In this document: positions 17,788-27,016 of the stretch, piece after piece
How positions within the stretch are numbered: the first letter of the stretch is position 1
Layout: every line of letters begins with the position of its first letter
Assembly (NCBI GenBank): GCA_964407925.1
Contig: CAYOXM010000002.1
Coordinates: 1,046-65,045 of the forward strand
Source of the DNA: an uncultured Gammaproteobacteria bacterium
Lineage (GTDB): Bacteria; Patescibacteriota; Patescibacteriia; SG8-24
Reading direction: 5' to 3'
DNA length: 64,000 nucleotides
Translations under genes and position numbers: made by a program
Notes under the pieces: model-generated
The model's database searches: none
What the model was told of the DNA's origin: nothing
What the model saw: only the letters and a program-made list of their open reading frames with translations

Positions 17788-19048
17788 ACTTTTTCGTGAG
17801 CGTCATTTCCCACCCGGGAGGGTTGAGCGGGATGGTGGCGGTTTCGCCGCGGGACAGGGCGTCGAACGTCGCCGCGTGGCGAATAAAGCCGAGGTCGGGA
17901 AGTGGCGGATCGCGGAAGTCGGCGGCGAATCCGAAGGCGGCAATGCACAACGTCACGACGCCTATCGCGCGGGTGATGCGGGCTTTTTTGCGTGTCGCCG
18001 CCCATAGCGCCGACGTGACGAGCGCGAGTACGGGAAGGAACCAGTAACGGGAACCCGACGACGACGAAAAAAGCACGGACCATGCGCGGGCGGCATAATC
18101 GGCCGCCCCCGCAGTCCGGCCGATGTTTGGCGCGATGAGCGATGCGGCGAAACTCGCGCCGGCGAACGCGAGGAGATAGCGGAGCTGCCAGGATCCCCGG
18201 ACGGCGGCGTAGGCGATGGTCGCGACGGCGGCGAGGGAGATGAGGTGCGGCAGAAGATCGTGGTTCGCGAGCATGCGGTAGCCGCGCATGCCGACGAGCC
18301 CGCCGAGGAGAATCTGCTTTTCGATCATGCCGACGAGCAGCGCAAGGCTGAACTCCGGGCGATACCCGAACCTGCTGCCGGCATTGAGCGCGAACAGCGC
18401 CATGAGCTGCAGCGCTCCCGTCACCGCAAGCACGAGAAGCTGCCGAAGACGTCGGCCGTCGTTTTCCTTGCGCCACCGCAGATAGGCGAGCGGCGCAAGG
18501 AAAACCGCGTAGGGTCCCGAGAGTCCCGCGAGCGCGAGCGTCGCGACATCGACCGCGTTTCCGCCGCGCGTCGATGGCGGGCGCGCGACGACGATCATGA
18601 AGGCGATGAGCGCCAAGTACCACTGCGCGTTCGTCGCGTTGCCGTGTATTTCGGCGGTATTGGGCAGCAGCAGATAGGCCGCGGCGAGCGCCAGCCGCGC
18701 TCGGAAGTCCGGTATGGCGTCCTTGAATCGCGGCGAAAGGAGGAATGCCGCGGGCACTGCCTGCAGGACGAAAGCCACGCCATTCATGAAAAGCGGCGCG
18801 AGAGCGAGGGGCAGCGCCTGTGCGGCGAGGCCGACGAGGCGCAGGTACGTGGAGAAGTACCCGTCCTGCGTCATGAGGAACGGACGGAGCGCGCCGAACT
18901 CGTGCGCGTGCCGATACCAGATCGCGCCGTCCTCGGCCCAGAATTGCGCGTTCAGGAGGGCGTCGGGCCGGCGGAGAACAACGACGGCGAGCGCGAAAAG
19001 AAAAGCCGCCACGTACGGCCGACGTCCTTCGGCGAACGCGCGGCGCAT
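17786..19048 (-). CDS. Multi-pass membrane protein, possible GT-C fold glycosyltransferase
   Basis: FWAEDG motif after TM1, N.TNAQW, RYWFLP; about 11 TM. Confidence 0.65.
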   Translation of the reverse strand: MRRAFAEGRRPYVAAFLFALAVVVLRRPDALLNAQFWAEDGAIWYRHAHEFGALRPFLMTQDGYFSTYLRLVGLAAQALPLALAPLFMNGVAFVLQAVPAAFLLSPRFKDAIPDFRARLALAAAYLLLPNTAEIHGNATNAQWYLALIAFMIVVARPPSTRGGNAVDVATLALAGLSGPYAVFLAPLAYLRWRKENDGRRLRQLLVLAVTGALQLMALFALNAGSRFGYRPEFSLALLVGMIEKQILLGGLVGMRGYRMLANHDLLPHLISLAAVATIAYAAVRGSWQLRYLLAFAGASFAASLIAPNIGRTAGAADYAARAWSVLFSSSSGSRYWFLPVLALVTSALWAATRKKARITRAIGVVTLCIAAFGFAADFRDPPLPDLGFIRHAATFDALSRGETATIPLNPPGWEMTLTKK

Positions 19049-19051
19049 ACG

Positions 19052-19657
19052 TCAGCGGCAGGCGGCGACGGCGGCCTCGATGGTAACTTCGGTAAAGCCG
19101 AGCGCCTTGAACAGCGTTTCAAGCTGCCGTTTCGCGCTGTCCGTGGCGACCGCGAAAATGTCGCCCGCGCATGCCGCCGCGCGGATGGCGATTTCCGCCT
19201 GCGACCGCGCATCGGCTTCGAGGTCCTTATCGCCCTTCGTGAGCAGGCCGAGCTTGCGGTCGTACACCTGCGTTTTTTCGGCGTCGAGCGAGGCGACCAG
19301 GATTTCCGGGGCGGGCAGATGCATGGTAAGCGAAGTGCCGGTCACGGTCACGTCGTCGTCGCGCAACTTGGCGAGGTCGAAACCGGCTATGACGCGGCCG
19401 TGCGCGACGAGCAGGATGCGGTCGCCGAAAAGGAAGTCCTTGAGCTTGCTGCCGACGGTTCCCGCTTCGATTACTTTTTCCACGGTGAACGACGTCGATT
19501 CGAGCCGGCCGAGGCGTTGGACCTCCTTCACGACCGCCGTGCGGCTCAAATCGAACGCGGGACCGGCGGAAGGCCGGCTGACCTTGAGGGCGATGGCGGT
19601 GACGACGCCGCCGCCGAGGACGATGCCGACGGCGAGTGCGATGATCGCGCGTTTCAT
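19052..19657 (-). CDS. DUF4230 domain protein
   Basis: N-terminal TM; LVAHGRVIAGFDL, LPAPEI, LFKALGFTEV. Confidence 0.85.
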   Translation of the reverse strand: MKRAIIALAVGIVLGGGVVTAIALKVSRPSAGPAFDLSRTAVVKEVQRLGRLESTSFTVEKVIEAGTVGSKLKDFLFGDRILLVAHGRVIAGFDLAKLRDDDVTVTGTSLTMHLPAPEILVASLDAEKTQVYDRKLGLLTKGDKDLEADARSQAEIAIRAAACAGDIFAVATDSAKRQLETLFKALGFTEVTIEAAVAACR

Positions 19658-19722
19658 GTCGTTCAGTATACCGGCCTCCGGCCGGTCGCACAAATGAAAA
19701 ACCGCCCTTTCGGGCGGGTTCG

Positions 19723-20499
19723 TCAGACGCCCTTCCCGAAGACGGGAAGTTCACCGTGACAGACGAGCGGGAAGTCGTGAAAGGCCTCAGGATGCTTCGC
19801 GAGGATGAAGCGGTCGAGGAGCAGGTAGCTCTGCGGCGCCATGACCGCGGCCAACCGCCGCAGGGCGAGCGCGACCGTGCGCGGACGGAAGTAGCCGAGG
19901 AAGTTGCGGCAGACGATGAGGTCGTACGGACCGCCGAGGTGGTCCTTGAACACGTCGCCGTGCCTGAACCGCAGGTGGCCCATGACGACGGGATCGACGT
20001 AGCCGTGGACGTACTTCGGCATTCCTGAGAGCGGGATGATGCCGCTCCTCGCCGTGTCGATGCACGCGGGCTGGATGTCGATGCCGTCAATCAGGAAGTG
20101 GCCGCAGCCGCCCTCCAGGCATTCGATGGCCAGGCTGACCGCCTCCTCGCCGTGCGAGCACGGGAGGCTCAGGATGCGCCCGCCTTCCGCATTGTCCCTG
20201 AGGAACGGGACTATTTCCTTGCGCAGGAAATCGATCTCCGGTCCATCGAACCGCATCAGGGTCGTCTCGTTCGTGATGAGGTTCGCGCGGAGCTTCTCTT
20301 CGAGGCTCATGCGGGCGAACGTCCCGGCACCCGCCCAATACGCGCCGCGCGAATCGGCGGCGAGCAGGCGCTCGAGATCGGCGACGTCCTTGGCGCGATC
20401 GACCGCGTAGAGCAGCTCCGAAACGTATCGCGAATCCTTGTCGAGCACGCCGGATTCCTGTCGAATGAACGAACGAACGGCATCAAGATCATTCAGCAT
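19723..20499 (-). CDS. CheR-family SAM-dependent methyltransferase (orphan)
   Basis: [39 protein letters not shown]; AAGGAGG SD upstream. Confidence 0.8.
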   Translation of the reverse strand: MLNDLDAVRSFIRQESGVLDKDSRYVSELLYAVDRAKDVADLERLLAADSRGAYWAGAGTFARMSLEEKLRANLITNETTLMRFDGPEIDFLRKEIVPFLRDNAEGGRILSLPCSHGEEAVSLAIECLEGGCGHFLIDGIDIQPACIDTARSGIIPLSGMPKYVHGYVDPVVMGHLRFRHGDVFKDHLGGPYDLIVCRNFLGYFRPRTVALALRRLAAVMAPQSYLLLDRFILAKHPEAFHDFPLVCHGELPVFGKGV

Positions 20500-20622
20500 G
20501 GCATCGTCCTCCTTGTCCCCTCCGATAAGGAACCGCGCATCTTTGCAGAAAAAACGCGTTTTGTCAACCGTGTGACCGCCGTGCTACGATTGCGTCCGTG
20601 CTCATCCGTTAACGCGTTCCCC

Positions 20623-21027
20623 ATGACCGACAAGATGCTCAAAAGCGAGGAGGAATGGAAGCGATCGCTCACGCCGGAGCAGTATCGCGTGCTGCGCGAG
20701 AAGGGAACCGAAGCGGCTTTTACGGGGAAATACTGGGATGTCGACGCCGACGGGATGTTCCGCTGCGCGGGCTGCGGCGCAGCGCTGTTCGCGTCCGACG
20801 CGAAGTTCGACTCCGGGACCGGTTGGCCGAGCTTCACCGCGCCTGCGGCAAAGGACGCGGTCGAGTTGCGAACCGACGACAGTCATGGCATGCGCCGGAC
20901 GGAGGTCGTCTGCGCGAAGTGCGGCGGGCATCTCGGGCACGTCTTCGACGACGGTCCGGGACCGGACGGCAAGCGTTTCTGCATCAATTCCTGCTCGTTG
21001 TCGCTCGACGAGAAGAAAAAAGGATGA
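20623..21027 (+). CDS. msrB: Peptide-methionine (R)-S-oxide reductase (cytoplasmic, Zn-type)
   Basis: CAGC and [32 protein letters not shown]. Confidence 0.95.
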   Translation: MTDKMLKSEEEWKRSLTPEQYRVLREKGTEAAFTGKYWDVDADGMFRCAGCGAALFASDAKFDSGTGWPSFTAPAAKDAVELRTDDSHGMRRTEVVCAKCGGHLGHVFDDGPGPDGKRFCINSCSLSLDEKKKG

Positions 21028-21028
21028 G

Positions 21029-21054
21029 AAAACCCGCGGTTCGCCGCGGGTTTT
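21029..21054. terminator. Bidirectional terminator
   Basis: AAAACCCGCGG-TTCG-CCGCGGGTTTT. Confidence 0.85.
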
Positions 21055-21056
21055 CG

Positions 21057-22868
21057 TCACGCGATTTGGATCGGCACGCTCACGACCGCGACGTTCTCGC
21101 GGAGCAGTTCGTGCTTTATCCACGTCGCCGTCTGGTTGTGCAGCAGGAGCTGCCACCAATGCGGACAGATGAATTCCGGCAAAATGACCGAAATCGCCGC
21201 CTGCGGATGCTGCCGTTCGATTTCGCGGATATAGTGCAGGAGGATGTCGACGATGCGCCGGTACGGCGACGGCGCGATGATGAGCGGGATGTCGAGGCCC
21301 CAGGTATCCCATTTCTCGCGAATCGTCGCCGCGTCACGGTCGTCAAAACTCACGTGGATGGCCTTGATGACTGTCGGCTGAAGCGACTTGGCGTAACGGG
21401 CGGCCGCGACCGTTCCCTTGTGCACGGTACCGATGAACAGGATGGCGACGCGTTCCTCGGGAATCGGCAGCTGGCGCTCTTCCGAAAGCGTCAATCGCGT
21501 CTTGAAGTGTTCGTAATGCCGTTTGATGCCGTAGGAGGTCGCGACGATCGCGGGAATGGCCACGAAGACCGCCCAGGCGCCGTGCGTGAACTTGGTCGCG
21601 GCGATGACGGCGAGCACGGCGACGGTGACCGCGCCGCCCACGGCGTTCATCGCCATGTTGCGACGCCATCCCGCCGTGCGCTCCCTGAGCCACTTGCGCA
21701 CCATCCCGAACTGCGAAAGCGAAAAGCCGAGGAAAACGCCGACGGCGTAGAGCGGGATGAGCCGGTGCGTCTCGCCAGCGAAGCCGATGACAAGCAGCGA
21801 CGAGGCCGCCGCGAGGAGCATGATGCCGTTCGAATACACCAGCCGGTCGCCTTGATTCACGAGCTGGGCCGGCAGGTAGCGGTCGCGCGCCATGAAGAAC
21901 GCGAGGCGGGGAAAATCGGCGAAGCTCGTGTTCGCCGCGAAGAGAAGGATGAGCGCCGTCGAGAATTGGACGAGGTAGTATCCCGGACCTCCGGCGAATA
22001 CCGCGCGGGCGATTTGCGATACGACTGTCTCTCCCGCGACAGGCAGGACGCCGAGACGGTCCGCGAGCACGGTGATGCCGACGAACAACACGGCGAGGAT
22101 GGCGCCCATCGCGAACAGCGTCCGTCGCGCGTTTTTCGACTCCGGCTTTTTGAATGCCTGTACGCCGTTGGAAATGGCCTCGATGCCGGTGAGCGCGGTG
22201 CAGCCGGCGGCGAACGCGCGCAAGATCAGGAAGACGCCAAGGCCCTCGTGCGCGAGCGGCACGGCGGCGGTGAGCGGCGGCGTCCCCGCGGCGGTCCGGA
22301 TGAGTCCCGTGACGATGAGCGCGGCGATCGAGGCGATGAAGACGTACGCCGGCACCGCGAACGCCTTGCCTGACGCACGGACTCCGCGCAGGTTCGTGAC
22401 CGTGATGAGCGTGATGGCGGCGACGCCGAGCGCGATGCGGTGCTCGTGCAGGGCGGGAAAGGCCGACGTGAGCGCCGCGGTACCGGCGGTAATCGAAACC
22501 GCGACGGTCAACGTGTAGTCGAGGAGGAGCGACGCGCCCGCGACGAGCGCTGGCAGTTCGCCGAGGTTTTCCTTCGCCACGACGTAGGCGCCGCCGCCGG
22601 TCGGATAGGCCCTGATCGTCTGCCCGTACGACAGGACGACTATGAGGAGCAGGACGACGATGGCGGACGCGAGCGGCAGGGTAAGGTGCAGGCCGGCCGC
22701 GCCCGCAAGCACCAGGACCAGAAGTATTTCTTCCGTCGCGTAAGCGACCGAGGAGAGCGCGTCCGAGGAAAAGACGGCGAGCGCGGTGCGCTTGTCGAGC
22801 CGCTCTTCGGTCGCCTGTGCCGTCTTCAACGGCTGCCCTATGAGGAGCCTTTTGAGGGCGTTGGGCAT
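21057..22868 (-). CDS. APC-superfamily permease, YdaO/KimA-like potassium transporter
   Basis: LKRLLIG.PL, FSSDALSSVAYATEE, AYP.GGGAY, LTGIEAISNG, SPYR, WWQ.LLHNQ. Confidence 0.88.
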   Translation of the reverse strand: MPNALKRLLIGQPLKTAQATEERLDKRTALAVFSSDALSSVAYATEEILLVLVLAGAAGLHLTLPLASAIVVLLLIVVLSYGQTIRAYPTGGGAYVVAKENLGELPALVAGASLLLDYTLTVAVSITAGTAALTSAFPALHEHRIALGVAAITLITVTNLRGVRASGKAFAVPAYVFIASIAALIVTGLIRTAAGTPPLTAAVPLAHEGLGVFLILRAFAAGCTALTGIEAISNGVQAFKKPESKNARRTLFAMGAILAVLFVGITVLADRLGVLPVAGETVVSQIARAVFAGGPGYYLVQFSTALILLFAANTSFADFPRLAFFMARDRYLPAQLVNQGDRLVYSNGIMLLAAASSLLVIGFAGETHRLIPLYAVGVFLGFSLSQFGMVRKWLRERTAGWRRNMAMNAVGGAVTVAVLAVIAATKFTHGAWAVFVAIPAIVATSYGIKRHYEHFKTRLTLSEERQLPIPEERVAILFIGTVHKGTVAAARYAKSLQPTVIKAIHVSFDDRDAATIREKWDTWGLDIPLIIAPSPYRRIVDILLHYIREIERQHPQAAISVILPEFICPHWWQLLLHNQTATWIKHELLRENVAVVSVPIQIA

Positions 22869-22945
22869 AGCAAATGACGCTTCAAGCATACCCCCGCGTT
22901 CGCCGGCGTGGCAACCAATCGGCGAGTCCCGTATACTGCGTCCAT

Positions 22946-24211
22946 ATGCAGTCCGCACTCCCGAATCCCAAGGACAAGCGCAAGAAGAACCGTTACGAGG
23001 TCGAGCCGCAGCTCGGCAGCCGCGCCGAACGGCCCGAAGAGAAGGAGACGCGTCCTGACGTAGAGGCGATGGAAACCGAGAAGGGCGCCGTATCGAACGT
23101 CGACGCCGGGTATGCCGGCGAGGTTTCGTCGTACTTCAACGAGCGTCGAAAGGTCGCCGACGTCACGGACGCGCAGGACACGGAGTATTTCGACTACGAC
23201 GCATTCCTTGCCGAGGAGCAACGTTCGCTTGAGAAACTGGCCAACCCCGAGACTGCGGCGAAACTCCAACCGAAGGACGTCGCGTTCGCGCTCGGCGATC
23301 TTGCGGGCACGATGAGTGCCAAGAACCCCGAACGGAAAGTGAACGTCACCGGCGACGACGCGAAGGACGCGGCGGCGCAGCGCGAACACGACGCCAGTCG
23401 CAGGCTCTTCATGGATTCGGCGAAGAAGATCTTCCCGAACGTGAGCGCCGACGCCGGCGACATGGGCAACGAAGTGGCGAGGACCGCCGAACGGCTGAGT
23501 TTCGCCGCCGACGCGTCCTTCATTCCCGATCTTGCGCCGGCCGACCTGCAGAGGATGTTCGACGACGACCCCGAGGCGCTCGCCGAAAAGCTCGACGAGG
23601 TCCTGGAAAAGACGGGGGATCTGATGCAGACGCGCGCACGGATGTCGTTCGACCTCCAGGACGGCAAGCGGCGCGTCGAGGCCGACGCCCACCTTGCCGC
23701 GGGGACGGAGATGTACTACAAACTTCAGCTCCTTCGCGACAAGGTGCGCGAGAAGCAGTATGGCCGGCCGGACATCGCCGCGAACGAGCAGCGCAAGGTC
23801 GACGAGATGCGCCGCGCGTTCGACGGCGGAACCGCGGAGGAGAAGAAGGATGACGCGGTCGCGCAGCGCGCGCTCGAGACGGCGAAGGCGGGAGGGGCCG
23901 GCGGCGAGGCGCTCCGCGACGCATGGAACGGCGACGGAGCGAAGCTCGCGGCGCGCATGGACCGTCTCACGGAACGCGCGAAGGCGATGACGGAGGAGAA
24001 GCTCAAGGACGACCGGCATCCGCTGTCACGCACGGACGCCGTCAGGCTTTCGCTCAGGCAGTGCTACGGCGACCTCCTTCCGGCAGAACGCAAGGCGTTC
24101 GAGGATGCCGCGAACAAGGAGACGGCCGAGAGGGAACGCGATGAAAATCCGGAGGTCGTTTCCGGCGAAAAGCTGTACGTCGAGTTCATGGCGAAGCTCG
24201 TTCGGGAATGA
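22946..24211 (+). CDS. Hypothetical acidic, helical cytoplasmic protein
   Basis: Long ORF with host-like codon use; TATACT 8 nt before the ATG. Confidence 0.7.
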   Translation: MQSALPNPKDKRKKNRYEVEPQLGSRAERPEEKETRPDVEAMETEKGAVSNVDAGYAGEVSSYFNERRKVADVTDAQDTEYFDYDAFLAEEQRSLEKLANPETAAKLQPKDVAFALGDLAGTMSAKNPERKVNVTGDDAKDAAAQREHDASRRLFMDSAKKIFPNVSADAGDMGNEVARTAERLSFAADASFIPDLAPADLQRMFDDDPEALAEKLDEVLEKTGDLMQTRARMSFDLQDGKRRVEADAHLAAGTEMYYKLQLLRDKVREKQYGRPDIAANEQRKVDEMRRAFDGGTAEEKKDDAVAQRALETAKAGGAGGEALRDAWNGDGAKLAARMDRLTERAKAMTEEKLKDDRHPLSRTDAVRLSLRQCYGDLLPAERKAFEDAANKETAERERDENPEVVSGEKLYVEFMAKLVRE

Positions 24212-24247
24212 AAAAAGAAGGCCTCGGGCCTTCTTGCGGAGCGCGGG

Positions 24248-24514
24248 TCACGGCGTGCGGTAACGGATGATCCGCCAAGCGTGCATGCCACCGTTGCCGA
24301 AGTGGAACTTGAGCATGAGGTAACCGCCCTTTGCGACATCTTCTACTTCGGCGGTCGGCGCGACCGCCTTCAGGATTTCGGTCGCGCGGGCGATGGACAT
24401 GACCTTGCCGTCGAGGCCGTCGGCCACGACCTTGAGCTGGAGCGGGAGCGGTACGGCAGCGCCGCCGATGCCGGGATGCGGGGCGTAGAAGTACTTCCGC
24501 GTATCGTCGTTCAT
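24248..24514 (-). CDS. Small hypothetical protein
   Basis: 88-aa ORF with GGAGG SD and upstream TGC-TAGGCT -10 element. Confidence 0.6.
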   Translation of the reverse strand: MNDDTRKYFYAPHPGIGGAAVPLPLQLKVVADGLDGKVMSIARATEILKAVAPTAEVEDVAKGGYLMLKFHFGNGGMHAWRIIRYRTP

Positions 24515-24583
24515 GGAACCTCCGAGAAAGGGCCGCGATCAGCCTAGCAGCGTGTCATCACTTCTGTCATCACCCCTCGTCGC

Positions 24584-25216
24584 ATGTGGTTATACGAAAG
24601 GAGGAAGTACGCCTCCGAAAAGAACGGCAAAATCACCTGTCGGAAGCTCTTCGGCCGCTGGGAGATTTTCGTCGGCGGCTTTCATGAGACGTCGCGGTAC
24701 CTCCGCGCGGTATGGCGCGACGCCTATGCCAGGCTGCCGGCGGACTTTTCCCCCCGCAGAATACTGATTTTCGGACTGGCGGGAGGGGACAACGTCGTCC
24801 TTCTCAACGAACGGTTTCCCGCCGGGCGCGTTACCGCGGTCGAGTGGGACCCGGTGATGGTGCGCATCGCGGATGAACTGCAAATCTTTCCGCCCGAACT
24901 TCGGCCGGACGTGATCGTCGCGGACGGCCGTGACGCCGTCGCGACCCTCGCGGCCGGCGCTTACGACCTCGTCCTCGTCGACATGTTCCGTGGCCCGCGC
25001 GTCGCCCAGACCTCGTATTCCCCGGAATTCCTGTCCGGCTTACGACGCATCGTCGCGCCGGGCGGCTTCATTTTTGCGAACGGCTTCGCCGAACCGCAAT
25101 TGTTCGAGGCCGTCGGTCGCCATTTCACGGCCGTGGCGACCTGGAAGACGAAGAACAACAGGATGGCATTGTTCCGCAAGCCCCTTGCGGAGGTCGGGGA
25201 GGGCGCGGTACGCTAA
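24584..25216 (+). CDS. Spermidine-synthase-like class I SAM-dependent methyltransferase
   Basis: ILIFGLAGG, VTAVEWDP, ADG, YDLVLVDMF, PGG. Confidence 0.8.
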   Translation: MWLYERRKYASEKNGKITCRKLFGRWEIFVGGFHETSRYLRAVWRDAYARLPADFSPRRILIFGLAGGDNVVLLNERFPAGRVTAVEWDPVMVRIADELQIFPPELRPDVIVADGRDAVATLAAGAYDLVLVDMFRGPRVAQTSYSPEFLSGLRRIVAPGGFIFANGFAEPQLFEAVGRHFTAVATWKTKNNRMALFRKPLAEVGEGAVR

Positions 25217-25222
25217 ATGCCT

Positions 25223-25291
25223 ATGGTGCGCACGACCCGAAACGCCATGACCGGCGAGTATTATCCTCACGGAGGGCTGGCTTCGTATTGA
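25223..25291 (+). CDS. Putative Tyr-rich leader peptide of phhA (MVRTTRNAMTGEYYPHGGLASY)
   Basis: uORF with TAT-TAT and a third TAT; -10 box TACGCT (25209-25214) 8 nt before the ATG; in-frame ATGs also at 25217 and 25247. Confidence 0.7.
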   Translation: MVRTTRNAMTGEYYPHGGLASY

Positions 25292-25340
25292 GCGACTCGC
25301 ATCGCCTCACGGAGACGGCCCCGGACTACCGGGGCTTTTT
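25274..25340 (+). promoter_or_regulatory. Transcription attenuator: antiterminator (25274-25286 with 25309-25321) mutually exclusive with terminator (25317-25340)
   Basis: GGGCUGGCUUCGU pairs with ACGGAGACGGCCC (12/13 bp); GCCCCGG-ACUA-CCGGGGC-UUUUU ends 10 nt before the phhA ATG. Confidence 0.72.
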
Positions 25341-25350
25341 CATTCCATCC

Positions 25351-26175
25351 ATGCCTCAAGAAATCGTCGAAAGCATAGTCCTCCTCGATCTCGACCACCC
25401 CGGCGCGAACGATCCCGCGTACCGTCGTCGTCGTGACGACATCGCCGCGCTGACCGGCGCGTGGCGGCGCGACCCTTCGCGCATCCCTGACGTGGCCTAC
25501 ACCGACGAGGAAAGGGAGACGTGGCGTTGCGTCGTGTCACGGCTCGAAGCCAAGCATGAGGGTCGGGCGAGTGCCGCGTACCTGCGCGCAAAACGGTCCC
25601 TCGACATCGTTCCCGAGCGCGTACCGCAGCTTTCCGAACTGGATGCCGTCCTCGCTCGTCGTCACGGTTTTCGCCTTGCGCCCGTCGAGGGACTCATCGA
25701 ATCGCGCGCGTTCCTCGGCGCCCTCGGTGACGGTGTCATGCGCTGCACGCAGTACTTGCGGCATTCCTCGCGGCCGGAGTACACCCCCGAACCCGATCTC
25801 GTGCACGAGGTCGTCGGGCACGTGCCGACGTTCACCGATGCCGAGTTCGTCGCTTACACGAAACTTGTCGGCCGTGCCTCACATTCGGCGACGCCGGCGC
25901 AGCTCACTCAGCTCGAACGGCTGTACTGGTTCACCATCGAGTTCGGGCTTGTCAGGGAACAGGGCGAACTGAAAGCCTTCGGCGCGGGACTGCTCTCGTC
26001 GCTCGGGGAAATCGACCACTGCCTCGGCCCCGAGGTCGAGCGGCGTCCGTTCGCGATGGCGGAAGTGCTCGATACGCCTTTCGATTTTTCCGCCATGCAG
26101 CCGAAGCTCTTCGTCATCGATTCTTTCGCTCAACTTAGGAAAGAAACGGAGGGGCTCCTCCGGTCGTTTCGATGA
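25351..26175 (+). CDS. phhA: Phenylalanine 4-monooxygenase (pterin-dependent aromatic amino acid hydroxylase)
   Basis: DHPG..DPAYR.RR, CTQYLRH, YTPEPDLVHEVVGH (Fe His ligands), YWFTIEFGL (Fe Glu ligand), GAGLLSS. Confidence 0.92.
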   Translation: MPQEIVESIVLLDLDHPGANDPAYRRRRDDIAALTGAWRRDPSRIPDVAYTDEERETWRCVVSRLEAKHEGRASAAYLRAKRSLDIVPERVPQLSELDAVLARRHGFRLAPVEGLIESRAFLGALGDGVMRCTQYLRHSSRPEYTPEPDLVHEVVGHVPTFTDAEFVAYTKLVGRASHSATPAQLTQLERLYWFTIEFGLVREQGELKAFGAGLLSSLGEIDHCLGPEVERRPFAMAEVLDTPFDFSAMQPKLFVIDSFAQLRKETEGLLRSFR

Positions 26176-26187
26176 TGGTATACTGTC

Positions 26188-27012
26188 ATGCGTATGAGAA
26201 AAATCATCCTCAGGCGGGCAATCCCCGTTATCGCAATCGTCGTCATTGCTTCGGTCGTCATGGCCCTGCAGTCGGTGCGTCGTGCCGAGCGTTCTGCGTC
26301 CGTTCCCACGAACGCAGCCGCCCTCAAGGGCGAGGCCGGCAACCCCGACATCGTGGCGGAAATGGTCACGTACCACGGAACGACGCGCGGCTTCTACGCC
26401 GCGCCGAACGGCTACGGCGACGAACCCGGCGTCGTGATGATTCACGAGTGGTGGGGCTTGAACGACGGCATCAAGGAACAGGCGCGGACTCTCGCAGCGA
26501 AAGGATTCGCCGTCTTGGCCGTCGACTTATATGACGGCAGGGTCGCCGCGACCCCCGAAGAGGCGCGCGCGTACGTTTCCGGCGTCAAACCCGAAGCGGC
26601 GGTCGCGAACATGCGCGACGCCGTGGCCTTCTTGCGCGGCAAGGGCGCTTCCAGGATCGCATCGCTCGGGTGGTGTTTCGGCGGCGGACAATCGCTGCAA
26701 CTCGCGCTTTCCGGCGAAAAGCTGGACGCGACGGTCATTTACTACGGTTCCCTGACCGATGACGAGAAAAAGCTTTCGGCGATGAAGTGGCCCGTGCTCG
26801 GCATTTTCGGCGACAAGGACCAGTCGATTACGGTCGATAGCGTGCGCAAATTCGAAGGTGCGCTCAGCCGTCTCGGCACCGAGAAGGAGATATACGTCTT
26901 CCCCGGCGTCGGCCACGCTTTCGCGAATCCGTCCGGGGCGAACTACGCGCCGAACGAGACCAAGGAGGCCTGGGACAAGACGGTGACGTTTCTCATGAAG
27001 CATTTGAAGTAG
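26188..27012 (+). CDS. Dienelactone hydrolase family protein with N-terminal anchor
   Basis: HEWWGL, GWCFGG nucleophile elbow, GDKD, GHAFAN. Confidence 0.92.
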   Translation: MRMRKIILRRAIPVIAIVVIASVVMALQSVRRAERSASVPTNAAALKGEAGNPDIVAEMVTYHGTTRGFYAAPNGYGDEPGVVMIHEWWGLNDGIKEQARTLAAKGFAVLAVDLYDGRVAATPEEARAYVSGVKPEAAVANMRDAVAFLRGKGASRIASLGWCFGGGQSLQLALSGEKLDATVIYYGSLTDDEKKLSAMKWPVLGIFGDKDQSITVDSVRKFEGALSRLGTEKEIYVFPGVGHAFANPSGANYAPNETKEAWDKTVTFLMKHLK

Positions 27013-27016
27013 CACG

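Noticed and set aside
22869-22945. c-di-AMP (ydaO) riboswitch upstream of the KimA-like gene
   Set aside because: The intergenic region is only about 77 nt, is shared with a divergent promoter and lacks the riboswitch's conserved elements
25288-25350. N-terminal extension of PhhA from TTG 25288, as in the ORF track
   Set aside because: This stretch holds the terminator hairpin and U tract; ATG 25351 fits the protein family better
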